From an uncultured Alphaproteobacteria bacterium (lineage in GTDB: Bacteria > Pseudomonadota > Alphaproteobacteria > JAJFIK01): 64,000 bases of DNA. The notes under the pieces are model-generated. The model was not told where the DNA came from. It did not search any database and saw only the letters and a program-made list of their open reading frames with translations. The translations under genes were made by a program, and so were the position numbers. The stretch covers positions 1,861 to 65,860 of the forward strand of contig CAZFWG010000015.1 in the NCBI GenBank assembly GCA_964522525.1. Direction: 5' to 3'. Positions 8,855 through 18,612 of the stretch are shown piece by piece. The number at the start of each line of letters is the position of its first letter. Position 1 is the first letter of the stretch.

Positions 8855-11119
8855 ATGGCCGGCCAGGAAGAACTGTCTCGACCATCCATCGGAGAGGGGC
8901 GTGCCACATCCGATGTGCCGTCCATGAGCCCCCTTGCCCAATACTCCGAGCGGATGGGGGCAACGGCGGTTCACTTGACCCTCAGTCTGGCGTTCACCGC
9001 CTCGATCCTTGCCTTCCTGTCCTCGATCCTTGTCGGCATCGCCTGGTTTGCCTTCAACCTGGCGACCGGTCTTTTGCTGACGGCGACCGCGAAGAAGGCG
9101 GCCGCCATCGAGGGCCGGGAGGCACCGTCCCTGATTTGGCTCTATGTCTTGCTGACGGCCGTGGCCATTGGCACGAGCATCCCTCCGTATGTTTTCTTTT
9201 GGAACGGTGGTGACTACGGGCCCATGGTGGCCCTGACCTATATGTGCTGCGCGCTGATGTATATCGCGGTCAACTATGCGGTTTCGCTGCGCTTTCTGGT
9301 CCTCGTGTCCACGCCCCACATCATTGCGTTGGTCCTGCTTGCGGTGGTCAGTTTCACGGAGCCGGAACAGGTCATCATGGGTGGGGAAATCTTCACCATC
9401 TCCTGTACCGGTCTTCTCCTTGGTTTCCTGATCACCGCTCAATCGAGCCTGAAATTCAATCAGATGCTGACCAATGCCCTGGAGATTGCCCAAACCGAGC
9501 GCCGGGCAGCGGACGATGCCAGCATCCGCCTTTCCCAGATGCTCGATCAGACCGGGATCGGCCTCTTTGACTGGGATGTGACGACGCGGCGGGTCTATAC
9601 CTCCGATTTCATCAAGGAGCTGGTGGCCGGCGACGAGAACACGGCCCTGCAAATGCTCCAGGATCCGACCGCCCCTGTCCATCCCGATGATGTTCCGAAA
9701 GTTCAGTATGCGGCTGAACGCTTCATCGCCAAGGAAACGGATGTCTTCGATCTCACCTACCGCAGCCGCAATCCCGTCGAGGAGAAGAATGGCGACGATT
9801 ACCGGTGGGTCCGGTCGCGGGGTGTCGGGCGGTTCGACGACAAGGGCAAGATGATCCGCTATATCGGCTGCATCACCGATGTGACGGCCGATATTCATAT
9901 GAGAGAACGGTTGGAGGAGGCGCGAAAGGCGGCAGAAGCGGCAAGTGAGAGCAAATCCGCTTTTCTCGCCACCATGAGCCATGAAATCAGAACACCGATG
10001 AATGGCGTACTCGGCATGGCGCAGGCGCTGTCAAGCAGTGATCTCGATCCGGATCAGCGTGAACAGGTCGATGTTATTCTCGAATGCGGCAAGTCTCTGC
10101 TCGGAATCCTGAACGATGTTCTTGACCTCTCGAAAATCGAATCGGGCAAGCTCGTCATCTCTCCGATCGAGGCTGATCTGGGCGAAGTGGTGAAAGGGGT
10201 CGTCGTTCTCTGGAAGCCGAGTGCGGAGGAAAAAGGCCTGACCATCGATCTGGACATGCCACAGAACCAGGATCTGACCTGCCATTTCGATCCGGTCCGG
10301 GTCCGGGAATGTCTGTCCAATCTGCTGTCGAATGCCATCAAATTCACGGACTCCGGCGGAGTGCGGATCGCCGTCAATGTGACGGCGGCCAAGGACGGCC
10401 ACTGGGACGTGGAAATCCAGGTTGCCGATACGGGCATCGGCATTGCCCACGAAATCGAGGCCAAGCTGTTCGAGCCCTTCACGCAGGCTGATGACTCGAC
10501 GGCCCGTCGTTTCGGGGGCACTGGGCTTGGGCTCTCCATCTCGCGCCATTTGGCGCGGCTCATGGGGGGCGATCTGACCCTGGATCGAACGGACGCCGCC
10601 GGCGCCCTGTTCACCCTCAAATTCCAGGCCGTCCCGGTGGAACCCAAATCCAACCTGTTGGAAGATGGTGCGGTACACGGATCATCTGACGCCGATCCTT
10701 GCGCCTTGAAATTCGCGCCCAAGGTGCTGATCGTCGATGACAATGACACCAATCGGCAAATTGCCCGCCTTTTCCTGGAGCCCAGCGGCGCGATCATGGT
10801 GGATGCGGCGGATGGGAAGGAGGCTCTGGAAGCCCTGGGGCGCGAATCCTTCGATCTCGTTCTCTTGGACATGCATATGCCCGTCATGGATGGTCCGGAG
10901 ACCCTGCAATGCATCCGTGATGCGCAGCAGCCTTGGCGGGACGTTCCCGTCATTGCCGTGACCGCCGATGCCATGCGGGGGGACCGCGAAAAATATCTGG
11001 GGCTCGGCGCAAATGGGTATGTCTCGAAACCCATCGATCTCAAGGAATTGAGGACGGAAGTCGCCCGCCTCGTGCCCCGCCGACGCGCCAGAGAACGCAA
11101 AGTCGCTGAAGTTCACTAG
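8855..11119 (+). CDS. Hybrid sensor histidine kinase/response regulator (N-terminal membrane domain, PAS, HisKA, HATPase, REC)
   Basis: About 754 aa from MAGQEEL. Multi-TM N-terminus. PAS region LFDWDVTTRRVYTSDF. H-box [24 protein letters not shown]-boxes DTGIGI and GGTGLGLSI. C-terminal receiver KVLIVDDNDTNRQIA...DLVLLDMHMPVMDG...VTADAMRGDREKYLGLGANGYVSKP. Confidence 0.8.
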   Translation: MAGQEELSRPSIGEGRATSDVPSMSPLAQYSERMGATAVHLTLSLAFTASILAFLSSILVGIAWFAFNLATGLLLTATAKKAAAIEGREAPSLIWLYVLLTAVAIGTSIPPYVFFWNGGDYGPMVALTYMCCALMYIAVNYAVSLRFLVLVSTPHIIALVLLAVVSFTEPEQVIMGGEIFTISCTGLLLGFLITAQSSLKFNQMLTNALEIAQTERRAADDASIRLSQMLDQTGIGLFDWDVTTRRVYTSDFIKELVAGDENTALQMLQDPTAPVHPDDVPKVQYAAERFIAKETDVFDLTYRSRNPVEEKNGDDYRWVRSRGVGRFDDKGKMIRYIGCITDVTADIHMRERLEEARKAAEAASESKSAFLATMSHEIRTPMNGVLGMAQALSSSDLDPDQREQVDVILECGKSLLGILNDVLDLSKIESGKLVISPIEADLGEVVKGVVVLWKPSAEEKGLTIDLDMPQNQDLTCHFDPVRVRECLSNLLSNAIKFTDSGGVRIAVNVTAAKDGHWDVEIQVADTGIGIAHEIEAKLFEPFTQADDSTARRFGGTGLGLSISRHLARLMGGDLTLDRTDAAGALFTLKFQAVPVEPKSNLLEDGAVHGSSDADPCALKFAPKVLIVDDNDTNRQIARLFLEPSGAIMVDAADGKEALEALGRESFDLVLLDMHMPVMDGPETLQCIRDAQQPWRDVPVIAVTADAMRGDREKYLGLGANGYVSKPIDLKELRTEVARLVPRRRARERKVAEVH

Positions 11120-11233
11120 AGTTGCTTCAATTTATTCCGAATCGTGAAGATTCTCCAATCGCTGCGGGTCACCTTTTCGAGCCGCAAATGCGATGACGCC
11201 AAACGCTCACACTTTTGATGAAAATGCTGCCGA

Positions 11234-12166
11234 TCACGGGTCTTGTGAGGGTTGTTCCAGCCATGCCTGCGAAGGGTCCGGCTCGGCGTTGATCGCGCCG
11301 ATGACGGCGTTCAGGGCCTCGGCCGTCAGATCTGGTTGCCGGATCGGTAGCATGTGGCTTGCGCCCTCGATAATGCGTACAAAGACAAAATCCGCTTCCG
11401 TCATGCGGTCCCGCATGAAATCCGTGTTTCCCACCGGCACCAAGGTATCGCCTGCGGAATGAAGAATGGCGACCGGCACGGCGACGTCGCTGAGCAACGG
11501 TACCATCGCTTCCAGTTCCGCTTTGTGGGGCAGGATCTCCCGGTTCGAATTGCGCCAATCGGTCTGGATAAAGGGTCGAACGATCCACCAGGAGGCAATC
11601 TCATTGTACCATTCCCGCGGTTCCAAGTCCGGATCCAGATTGGATGATCCAAGAACGAGACCCGCGACACGGTCGGGATAGTCGATGGCGGTGCGAATGG
11701 CGATCGGTCCGCCCAGGGAAAATCCAACCAGCACCACCGGCCGCCCATCCCCCGTTTCGAGAAGGGGGGCGAGTGCGGCGGACTGATCTTTCAGTTTCGG
11801 ACGTGCCTTGCGGGGTCTGGAAAAGCCGTATCCGGGCCGGTCGACGGCGATATAGTCCCGTCCCGGCGGCACCGTGGCGAGCTGGGTGCGCCAGTCTCCG
11901 GCATAGCCCGGGGAGCCATGGATGAAGATGACCCGCAAGCCCGCCGGATCGCCGGCGCGAACATAACTCAGACTGCCGTCTTTCACCTGGGCAAGCGGGA
12001 TTTCGGCCCGTTCGAATTTCCCTTTCGCCCAGTCCCCTTTGGGCCCGTCATCGGTCAGCGGAAATTTCAGGAACTGACCGGCCGCCGTACAATTGGCCAG
12101 CCCGCCGGCGAGGGCGACCAACAGTATAAGGATGGTAAGGAGTCTGAGGAAGGCTCCCACGCCCAT
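11234..12166 (-). CDS. Alpha/beta hydrolase (esterase/lipase fold), secreted or membrane-anchored
   Basis: 310 aa with an N-terminal hydrophobic signal/anchor. HGSPG oxyanion region, nucleophile elbow GFSLGG, downstream Asp/His. Confidence 0.75.
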   Translation of the reverse strand: MGVGAFLRLLTILILLVALAGGLANCTAAGQFLKFPLTDDGPKGDWAKGKFERAEIPLAQVKDGSLSYVRAGDPAGLRVIFIHGSPGYAGDWRTQLATVPPGRDYIAVDRPGYGFSRPRKARPKLKDQSAALAPLLETGDGRPVVLVGFSLGGPIAIRTAIDYPDRVAGLVLGSSNLDPDLEPREWYNEIASWWIVRPFIQTDWRNSNREILPHKAELEAMVPLLSDVAVPVAILHSAGDTLVPVGNTDFMRDRMTEADFVFVRIIEGASHMLPIRQPDLTAEALNAVIGAINAEPDPSQAWLEQPSQDP

Positions 12167-12213
12167 GGTCAGGGGTCTCCGGTTTTAGAAAAGGTCCAGA
12201 AGGGAGCGGGCCA

Positions 12214-13704
12214 TCAGGCGCCCGCCTGGCCCAGCTCTTCCTTTTTTGTCACGCGGAACTCATCGAGATGCACGTCCGACAATTCCCGGATGAAGCGCGT
12301 CCCCGAATAGGGCCAGAGCGTGAAGTTATAGTCGTTATCATCCGTATACCATGCGCCGCAGCCGCCGCTGAAGACCATGTCCTTCATGTCCCTTTGCAGC
12401 CGATCATTATAGGTCTTCGTGAAGCCGGGCTTGGGGTCGAGAAGCGCGATGCTATGGCGGTTCATGGTCTTGATGCATTTCAGGACGTAGTCGGCCTGAC
12501 TTTCGATCATGATCAGTGCCGAGGTGTGCCCCGTTCCGCTATTGGGCCCAAGCAGCATGAAGAAATTGGGAAAATGCGGCACCATGACGGTCCGGAAGCT
12601 TTCCACCTGGTGGGCCCAGACATCGGCAAGCGTGAGCCCGTCCCGGCCGGTAATCGTGACATATTCGGAGACGTCGAACGGCTTGAAGCCCGTTGCCTCG
12701 ATCAGAGTATCCACTTCATGGAGCGTGCCGTCCTGGTCGCGAATGCCCGTCGGCTCAATGCGTGTGATGGGCGTCGTCACCAGATGGACGTTTTCGCGAT
12801 TGAAGGTCCTGAGATAGTCGTCGGAGATACAGCGGCGCTTGCAGCCTGGTTCATAGTCGGGTGTCAGTTTGGCCCGGATTTCCGGATCCTTGACCTCCTC
12901 CTCGAGGAAGCGCAGGGCAATCTTCCGGAAACGCTCCTTAAGCCAACCATCCCGCCGCAAGGCCATGATCCCGGTGACGTCCAACAGTCCCCAGAGATAG
13001 GTCCGGTAGAGGCGCATCAGCCATGGGGCGCCGGCAAAGAGTTTGCGTCGCCACTCCGGGATGTCCCGGGTCAGGCGGGGGAAAACCCAGGCCGCCGATC
13101 GCTGGAAGATGGTGACTTGATCAACGATGGGGGCGATGCTCGGAAGCACTTGGACGGCACTCGCGCCGGTGCCGATGATCGCGACCTTTTTGCCGGTGAG
13201 GTCATGGTCATGATTCCACTCCGCCGTATGGAAACGGGTGCCCTCGAAACTCTCAAGGCCGTCGATGGCCGCGTGTTTGGGAATATGCAGACCGCCAAGA
13301 CCGCTCACCACGATGTCGGCCGTCACCTGGTGGCCGTCCTTGGCCTTCACGCTCCAGCGGCGCCCGTCGAAGGTGACGTCCGTAACCTCCGTGCCAAAAC
13401 GGATATGGCGCATGAGACCGAATTTTTCGGCGCTGGCGCGGCAATAGTCCCAGATCTCCCGGCCTTCGCCATAGGAGTGGCTCCAATTGGGATTGAGTTC
13501 GAAGGAGAAGGAATAGAGATGGGAAGGCACGTCACAGGCGACACCGGGATAGGTGTTCTCACGCCAGGTGCCGCCCACGTCATCGGCTTTTTCCAGAATG
13601 ACGAAACTGTCGAGGCCGGCTTTGCGGAGTTTGGCGCCCATACAGATCCCGGACATGCCAGCGCCCAATATGGCAATTCGCACGGAGCGTGAGCCTGAAG
13701 CCAT
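12214..13704 (-). CDS. FAD/NADPH-dependent flavin-containing monooxygenase, Baeyer-Villiger (type I) like
   Basis: 496 aa. N-terminal Rossmann GAGMSG. Fingerprint FEGTRFHTAEW matches FxGxxxHxxxW. Second dinucleotide site GTGASA. Confidence 0.8.
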   Translation of the reverse strand: MASGSRSVRIAILGAGMSGICMGAKLRKAGLDSFVILEKADDVGGTWRENTYPGVACDVPSHLYSFSFELNPNWSHSYGEGREIWDYCRASAEKFGLMRHIRFGTEVTDVTFDGRRWSVKAKDGHQVTADIVVSGLGGLHIPKHAAIDGLESFEGTRFHTAEWNHDHDLTGKKVAIIGTGASAVQVLPSIAPIVDQVTIFQRSAAWVFPRLTRDIPEWRRKLFAGAPWLMRLYRTYLWGLLDVTGIMALRRDGWLKERFRKIALRFLEEEVKDPEIRAKLTPDYEPGCKRRCISDDYLRTFNRENVHLVTTPITRIEPTGIRDQDGTLHEVDTLIEATGFKPFDVSEYVTITGRDGLTLADVWAHQVESFRTVMVPHFPNFFMLLGPNSGTGHTSALIMIESQADYVLKCIKTMNRHSIALLDPKPGFTKTYNDRLQRDMKDMVFSGGCGAWYTDDNDYNFTLWPYSGTRFIRELSDVHLDEFRVTKKEELGQAGA

Positions 13705-13812
13705 GGGGATTCCCTTTGTTCCTGCTGTCCTGATCTCTTGACCATGGTCACGCGGCGGAGTTTGGCACAGGAGCGCGGCGGCCTCCAGATACCTGACCGA
13801 GGTTCAGGTCCG

Positions 13813-14892
13813 TTACGCCCTTGTGAATAAGGGGCCATGGTCGAGCCGGGGCAGCACATGCCGGGCGAAATGATCGCATTCATTCAGATGGGGATAGCCG
13901 GAAAGGATGAAGGCTTCGATGCCCAGATCCCGATAGGCGTTGAGCTTTGCCAGGACCTGGTCCGGGTCGCCGACGATCGCCGCGCCGCAGCCTGAACGGG
14001 CCCGTCCGATACCCGTCCACAGGTTGTCCTCCACGAAGCCATCATCGCCTGCCGCATCGCGCATTTCGGCTTGGCGCCTTACGCCATGGGAGGCGCTGTC
14101 GAGGGAGCGGGAGCGGATGGCATCCCCGGTCTCCGCATCGAGCCGGCTCATGATGTCCCGGGCGTGGTCCCGGGCCTTGGCTTCGGTTTCGCGCACAATG
14201 ACATGAACCCGATAGCCGAAGCGCAGACGCCGACCATAGCTTTCGGCCCGGGCGCGCATGTCGTCGAGAATGGTCCGGACATTCTCCATGGTGTCCGGCC
14301 ACATGAGAAAGACATCGGCCGCCCGCGCCGCCACGTCCCGGGCGTGATCGGAGAGACCGCCGAAATAGAACGGGGGAGCTTCCCGGGGCGAGTCGAGGAT
14401 TCGGGGCGGATCGAGCTTGAGCTGATAGTGGGTTCCCTGATGATCGAGGGATTGACCGCTCATCAGCACCCGCAGAATCTCCATGACCTCAAGGGTGCGG
14501 GCATAACGTTCCGGCGAGGACAGCGTTTCCCCGGGGCGATCACTGGAGATGATGTTGATGGTCAGCCTCTGTTCAAGCATGTCGTCCAGGGTGGCGAGCT
14601 GGCGGGCCAGTTGGGGCGGCCACATCTCGCCACACCGTACGGCCAGGAGAAGCTGTATTTGGTTGAGCATGGGGGCCATGCCGCCGGCGAAGGCGGTGCC
14701 GTCGATGCCGAGCTGATAACCCGAAGGCAACAGGACATTGTCGAAACCGTGGTCGTCCGCGCGCCGCACAATGGCACCGCAATGCTTGAAACTTGAACGC
14801 AGGCCCGGCTCCGGCACGCCCAGATATCGATAGTCGTCGTCACACAGGGCGGAAAACCAGGAGACTTCGACGGGGCTTGAGGCGTCAGTCAT
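13813..14892 (-). CDS. LLM-class (luciferase-like) flavin-dependent oxidoreductase
   Basis: 359 aa with TIM-barrel luciferase-like features (FDNVLLP, RLRFGYRVHVIVRETEAKA). Start ATG overlaps the upstream AKR stop (ATGA at 14889-14892). Confidence 0.75.
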   Translation of the reverse strand: MTDASSPVEVSWFSALCDDDYRYLGVPEPGLRSSFKHCGAIVRRADDHGFDNVLLPSGYQLGIDGTAFAGGMAPMLNQIQLLLAVRCGEMWPPQLARQLATLDDMLEQRLTINIISSDRPGETLSSPERYARTLEVMEILRVLMSGQSLDHQGTHYQLKLDPPRILDSPREAPPFYFGGLSDHARDVAARAADVFLMWPDTMENVRTILDDMRARAESYGRRLRFGYRVHVIVRETEAKARDHARDIMSRLDAETGDAIRSRSLDSASHGVRRQAEMRDAAGDDGFVEDNLWTGIGRARSGCGAAIVGDPDQVLAKLNAYRDLGIEAFILSGYPHLNECDHFARHVLPRLDHGPLFTRA

Positions 14893-15857
14893 GGCAGTTT
14901 CTTCCCTTCCGAGGCTTCGACCATGGCAAACCAGTCGGCCCGTGTCAGGCTGACCTTGAAAGCCTCCCTGGTCGCGCGCAGATTGTCGATGTTCTGTGTT
15001 CCGATGATCGGGATGATGCGGGCCGGATGGGCCAGCACGAAGGCGAGGGCAACGGCCGTTCGAGCGACATTCAGGGCTTTGGCCAGGTCATCGATCCGCG
15101 CCAGGAGCGCCTGAAACCGGGCCTGACTCCCGGGGCTGGTGTCGGGCATCTCGCCCGTGGCCAGGGCACCGCCCGCAAGGGGCGACCAGGCCAGAACGCC
15201 AAGACCCCGGGCCATGCATTGGTCCAGGATCCCGTCCCGCATCGGGTCGAGCGTCCAGGCCGAAAACTCCGGTTGGTGGCTCAGGATCGGAAAATCCAGA
15301 TGGGCCTGGAGGGCCTCGAACTGGGACGGCGTGTAGTTCGACACGCCCACATGGGTGATCTTGCCCGCGTCCCGCAGCCGGGTCAGAGCCTCGGCGGCAT
15401 CCGCCGGATGGGCCAGAAGATCGGGACGGTGAATTTGATAGAGATCGAGGCGTTCCACCCGCAACCGTTTCAGGGACGCTTCGCAGGCCTCGATCAGATA
15501 ATCCGTGGAAGAATTGTAAGGAACACCCGGAATGATCCCCCCCTTGCTGGCCAGCACCATGGCGTCCCGCAAGGACGGGGCATCGGCGAAGACGGCGCCC
15601 ATCAATGTCTCGGCATCCCCGAAGCCCTTTTCACCGTCAAAGCCATAGATGTCGGCGGTGTCGAACAGGGTGATGCCCATCTCGAGCGCGGCGTCCAGCT
15701 TGGCTCGCGCGGATGTGACATCCGTTCCGGCAAAGCGCCAGCAGCCATAGGCGAGGGGGAAGACCGACGGTCCGTTCGGGCCCAGGGCGCGGGGCGCGTC
15801 GGTTATGGGAAGGGGGTGCACGTCGATAAGCCCTCCGTCAAAAGAAGATGCGTTCAC
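14889..15857 (-). CDS. Aldo/keto reductase
   Basis: 322 aa. GITLFDTADIYG, LDLYQIHRPD, NYTP and IPIIGTQN motifs characteristic of the AKR superfamily. Confidence 0.8.
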   Translation of the reverse strand: MNASSFDGGLIDVHPLPITDAPRALGPNGPSVFPLAYGCWRFAGTDVTSARAKLDAALEMGITLFDTADIYGFDGEKGFGDAETLMGAVFADAPSLRDAMVLASKGGIIPGVPYNSSTDYLIEACEASLKRLRVERLDLYQIHRPDLLAHPADAAEALTRLRDAGKITHVGVSNYTPSQFEALQAHLDFPILSHQPEFSAWTLDPMRDGILDQCMARGLGVLAWSPLAGGALATGEMPDTSPGSQARFQALLARIDDLAKALNVARTAVALAFVLAHPARIIPIIGTQNIDNLRATREAFKVSLTRADWFAMVEASEGKKLP

Positions 15858-16058
15858 ACGGTGCCCCGTCCGGATGCTGGAGCGACATCGAATTAAGTGG
15901 CATCCAATCCGGCTATGGGCTTTCCTTTTTACGTTTGATCGGCCGGCATGTCGCGATGCCGAAGGAGGTGCCGATCATGTTCTCGTTGACTCTTATCCCA
16001 GTTGACTGCGGATCGACCGATCCGTCCAGTCCCTCGGAATGTTATGGAAAATAGGATC

Positions 16059-17159
16059 ATGGCGGACATTCGATACGGCATCATCGGCACCGGTATGATG
16101 GGGCTTGAGCATATCCGGAACATCGAATTGATCGAGGGCGCGCGTGTCGTCGCGGTCGCTGATCCGACACCGTCATCCTTGGACTGGGCGCGCGAAACCC
16201 TGAGCCATCACTGGGCAGCGCGGCCGGAGATCGAGGTCGGCTATTACGAGGAATACCGCGCCATGTTGGCGGCCGGCGGTCTCGACGCCGTCGTGATTGC
16301 CACTCCGAACTACACCCATCGTTCCATCCTGGAGGATGTGCTGGCCCATGACGTGGCGGTCATGGTCGAAAAGCCTTTGTGCACCACATGGGACGACTGC
16401 CTTGCGGTGCGGGATCTGGCGCGCAGACGAAGTGCGCTCACCTGGGTCGGTCTCGAATACCGCTATATGCCGCCGATGACTCATTTCATCCATCAGGTCC
16501 ATGAGGGCGCGGCCGGGGCGCCGCAGATGATTTCCATTCGGGAACACCGCTTTCCGTTCCTCGAAAAGGTCGGCGCCTGGAACCGGTTCAACCGCAATAC
16601 GGGCGGCACTTTCGTCGAGAAATGCTGTCACTTCTTCGATCTGATGATCCTGATCCTGCGCCAGCAGCCGGTTCGCGTGTTCGCCTCCGGCGCGCAGAAC
16701 ACCAATCACCGGGACGAGCGGGTGGATGGTTTCCAGCCCGACATTTTCGACAATGGCTTCGTCATTGTGGATTTTGACGGCGGCGCGCGGGGCCTTTTGG
16801 ACCTGTGCATGTTCGCCGAAGGAGCGGCGTTCCGGAATGCCGTCAGTGTGGTAGGCGATCTGGCGAAGATCGACGTGGCCCTGCCCCAGGGCCGCGTTCG
16901 CATCGGGCGGCGCGATGGTCATGTGGAAGAGCATGTGGTCGCGATCGACCCCCATATCCTGGACGCCGGGTCTCACTACGGAGCCACCTATTATCAGCAT
17001 GCAGCGTTCCTGTCCGCCTTGCGGGGCGGGACGGCGCCCGAGGTCGATATCGAGGACGGCTGTCTGTCGGTGGCCATGGGGCTCGCGGCCCACCGTTCCA
17101 TTGAGGAGAACCGGCCCGTGATGATGCGGGAGTTCGCGGATTATCCCTTGGTCAGGTGA
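16059..17159 (+). CDS. Gfo/Idh/MocA family NAD(P)-dependent oxidoreductase
   Basis: From MADIRYGIIGTGMMGLEHIRNI (Rossmann GxGxxG); VMVEKPL consensus. Divergently arranged to the AKR operon. Confidence 0.8.
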   Translation: MADIRYGIIGTGMMGLEHIRNIELIEGARVVAVADPTPSSLDWARETLSHHWAARPEIEVGYYEEYRAMLAAGGLDAVVIATPNYTHRSILEDVLAHDVAVMVEKPLCTTWDDCLAVRDLARRRSALTWVGLEYRYMPPMTHFIHQVHEGAAGAPQMISIREHRFPFLEKVGAWNRFNRNTGGTFVEKCCHFFDLMILILRQQPVRVFASGAQNTNHRDERVDGFQPDIFDNGFVIVDFDGGARGLLDLCMFAEGAAFRNAVSVVGDLAKIDVALPQGRVRIGRRDGHVEEHVVAIDPHILDAGSHYGATYYQHAAFLSALRGGTAPEVDIEDGCLSVAMGLAAHRSIEENRPVMMREFADYPLVR

Positions 17160-18493
17160 CGAAACCGCCAGGTCAGAAGGACAGCGGCAAAAAGCAGTCC
17201 GACGCCGAAACCCGCCCAGACGCCCTGGGCCTCAAACCCGAAGCGGACACCAAAGATGTAGCTCGCGGGCAGGGCCGCTCCCCAATAGGCGATCAGGGTC
17301 ACCACCGTGGGCCAGCGATTGTCCATCAGTCCCCGGAGCGCCCCGAGGCTTGTGGACTGGATGCCGTCCACGACCTGCATGACGGCGAAGACGGAAAAGA
17401 TGGCGCCCGCCGCTACGATCACGGCTGGATCGTCCACGAGCAAAGCCGCGATGTTGTCTCCGAAATTGCTGATGAAGAGGGCGAAGCACCCCATCCACAA
17501 CACGACAACCCCCATGGCGGCCCAGCCGATGGCTGCCGCGCGTTCCCGGCCACCCCGCCCCAAGGCCTGGGCAATGCGGATCGACACGGCGGCGGACATG
17601 CCGAGTGGCCCCATATAGATGATCGTGGTCACGGCGCTGACGATCTGGTTGGCCGCGAGAGCGGTCGCGCCGAACCAGCCCACCATGAGGCCCGCCAGGG
17701 CAAAGGCGCTGCCTTCCATGAGATATTGTGCCGCCATGGGCAGGCCTTCGCGCAGGTGGCTGCGGAACCCCTCGACGCTGAGCGGCACCTGCGTCCGGAA
17801 CGGGGCCAGCAAGGGGGCCCAACGCCAATGGGCGGCGATGACGGCAAGTCCGAACAGGCTGGACAGCAGGCTCGCGAGCCCGGCGCCGAAAACCCCCAAA
17901 GGGGGAAAGCCCAGATGACCGAAGATCAGGATGTAGTTCAAAGGCACATTGACCGCAACACCGCTCAGTACCAGGAGGACCGAGAGCCAGGGGCGGTCAA
18001 TGGCGTCATAGGCCTGCTTGTAGGTCAGTTGCAAGGTGAAGGGCGCCATGGCGGCCGCCATGCAGATCCAATAAGGGGGCAGGGCTGCCAGAACTTCAGG
18101 AGGCTGCCCAAGATGAGGCAGGAGAGGAAGCACGGCCAGCATCGCGACACCGCCGAACAGTCCGGCGAGCAGGCTTCCCAGAAGCCCGTGATTGAGGGCA
18201 TCCGTCACCCGCTTGCCGTCATCCGCGCCATAGGCATTGCCGACCAGGATTCCGACGGGCCCGGTGAAACCGTAAAGAGCCGCATACAGAATGGAGAGGG
18301 CGCTTGTGGAGAGGGACACGACGGCCAACGGGATTGCCCCCACCCGGCCCAACATGATCGTGTCGACCACGCCCATCATGGTGGCCACCGTGAGCCCCGC
18401 GATCAGCGGCAGGGCAAGACTGATGAGCCGGCGCACTTCGCGCAAGGGGCGAATGGGCGCGCGCTGGGCGGGCGACTCTCCGGCGGCGGACAT
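17141..18493 (-). CDS. MATE family efflux transporter (second copy)
   Basis: 451 aa from ATG at 18493 (MSAAGESPAQ...). 12 TM. ALPLIAGLTVATMMGVVDTIMLGRVG is a typical MATE start. Confidence 0.8.
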   Translation of the reverse strand: MSAAGESPAQRAPIRPLREVRRLISLALPLIAGLTVATMMGVVDTIMLGRVGAIPLAVVSLSTSALSILYAALYGFTGPVGILVGNAYGADDGKRVTDALNHGLLGSLLAGLFGGVAMLAVLPLLPHLGQPPEVLAALPPYWICMAAAMAPFTLQLTYKQAYDAIDRPWLSVLLVLSGVAVNVPLNYILIFGHLGFPPLGVFGAGLASLLSSLFGLAVIAAHWRWAPLLAPFRTQVPLSVEGFRSHLREGLPMAAQYLMEGSAFALAGLMVGWFGATALAANQIVSAVTTIIYMGPLGMSAAVSIRIAQALGRGGRERAAAIGWAAMGVVVLWMGCFALFISNFGDNIAALLVDDPAVIVAAGAIFSVFAVMQVVDGIQSTSLGALRGLMDNRWPTVVTLIAYWGAALPASYIFGVRFGFEAQGVWAGFGVGLLFAAVLLTWRFRHLTKG

Positions 18494-18612
18494 GGCGTTC
18501 CTTGATGGCGTTTTTTGCGGAACTGTCAGGTCTGGGCCGACACCATAGCGGATTGATCGCGCCATGATAGGTTTATTCCAGGAAACCAGAACAAGGATCA
18601 TGAAGCGGGAGC

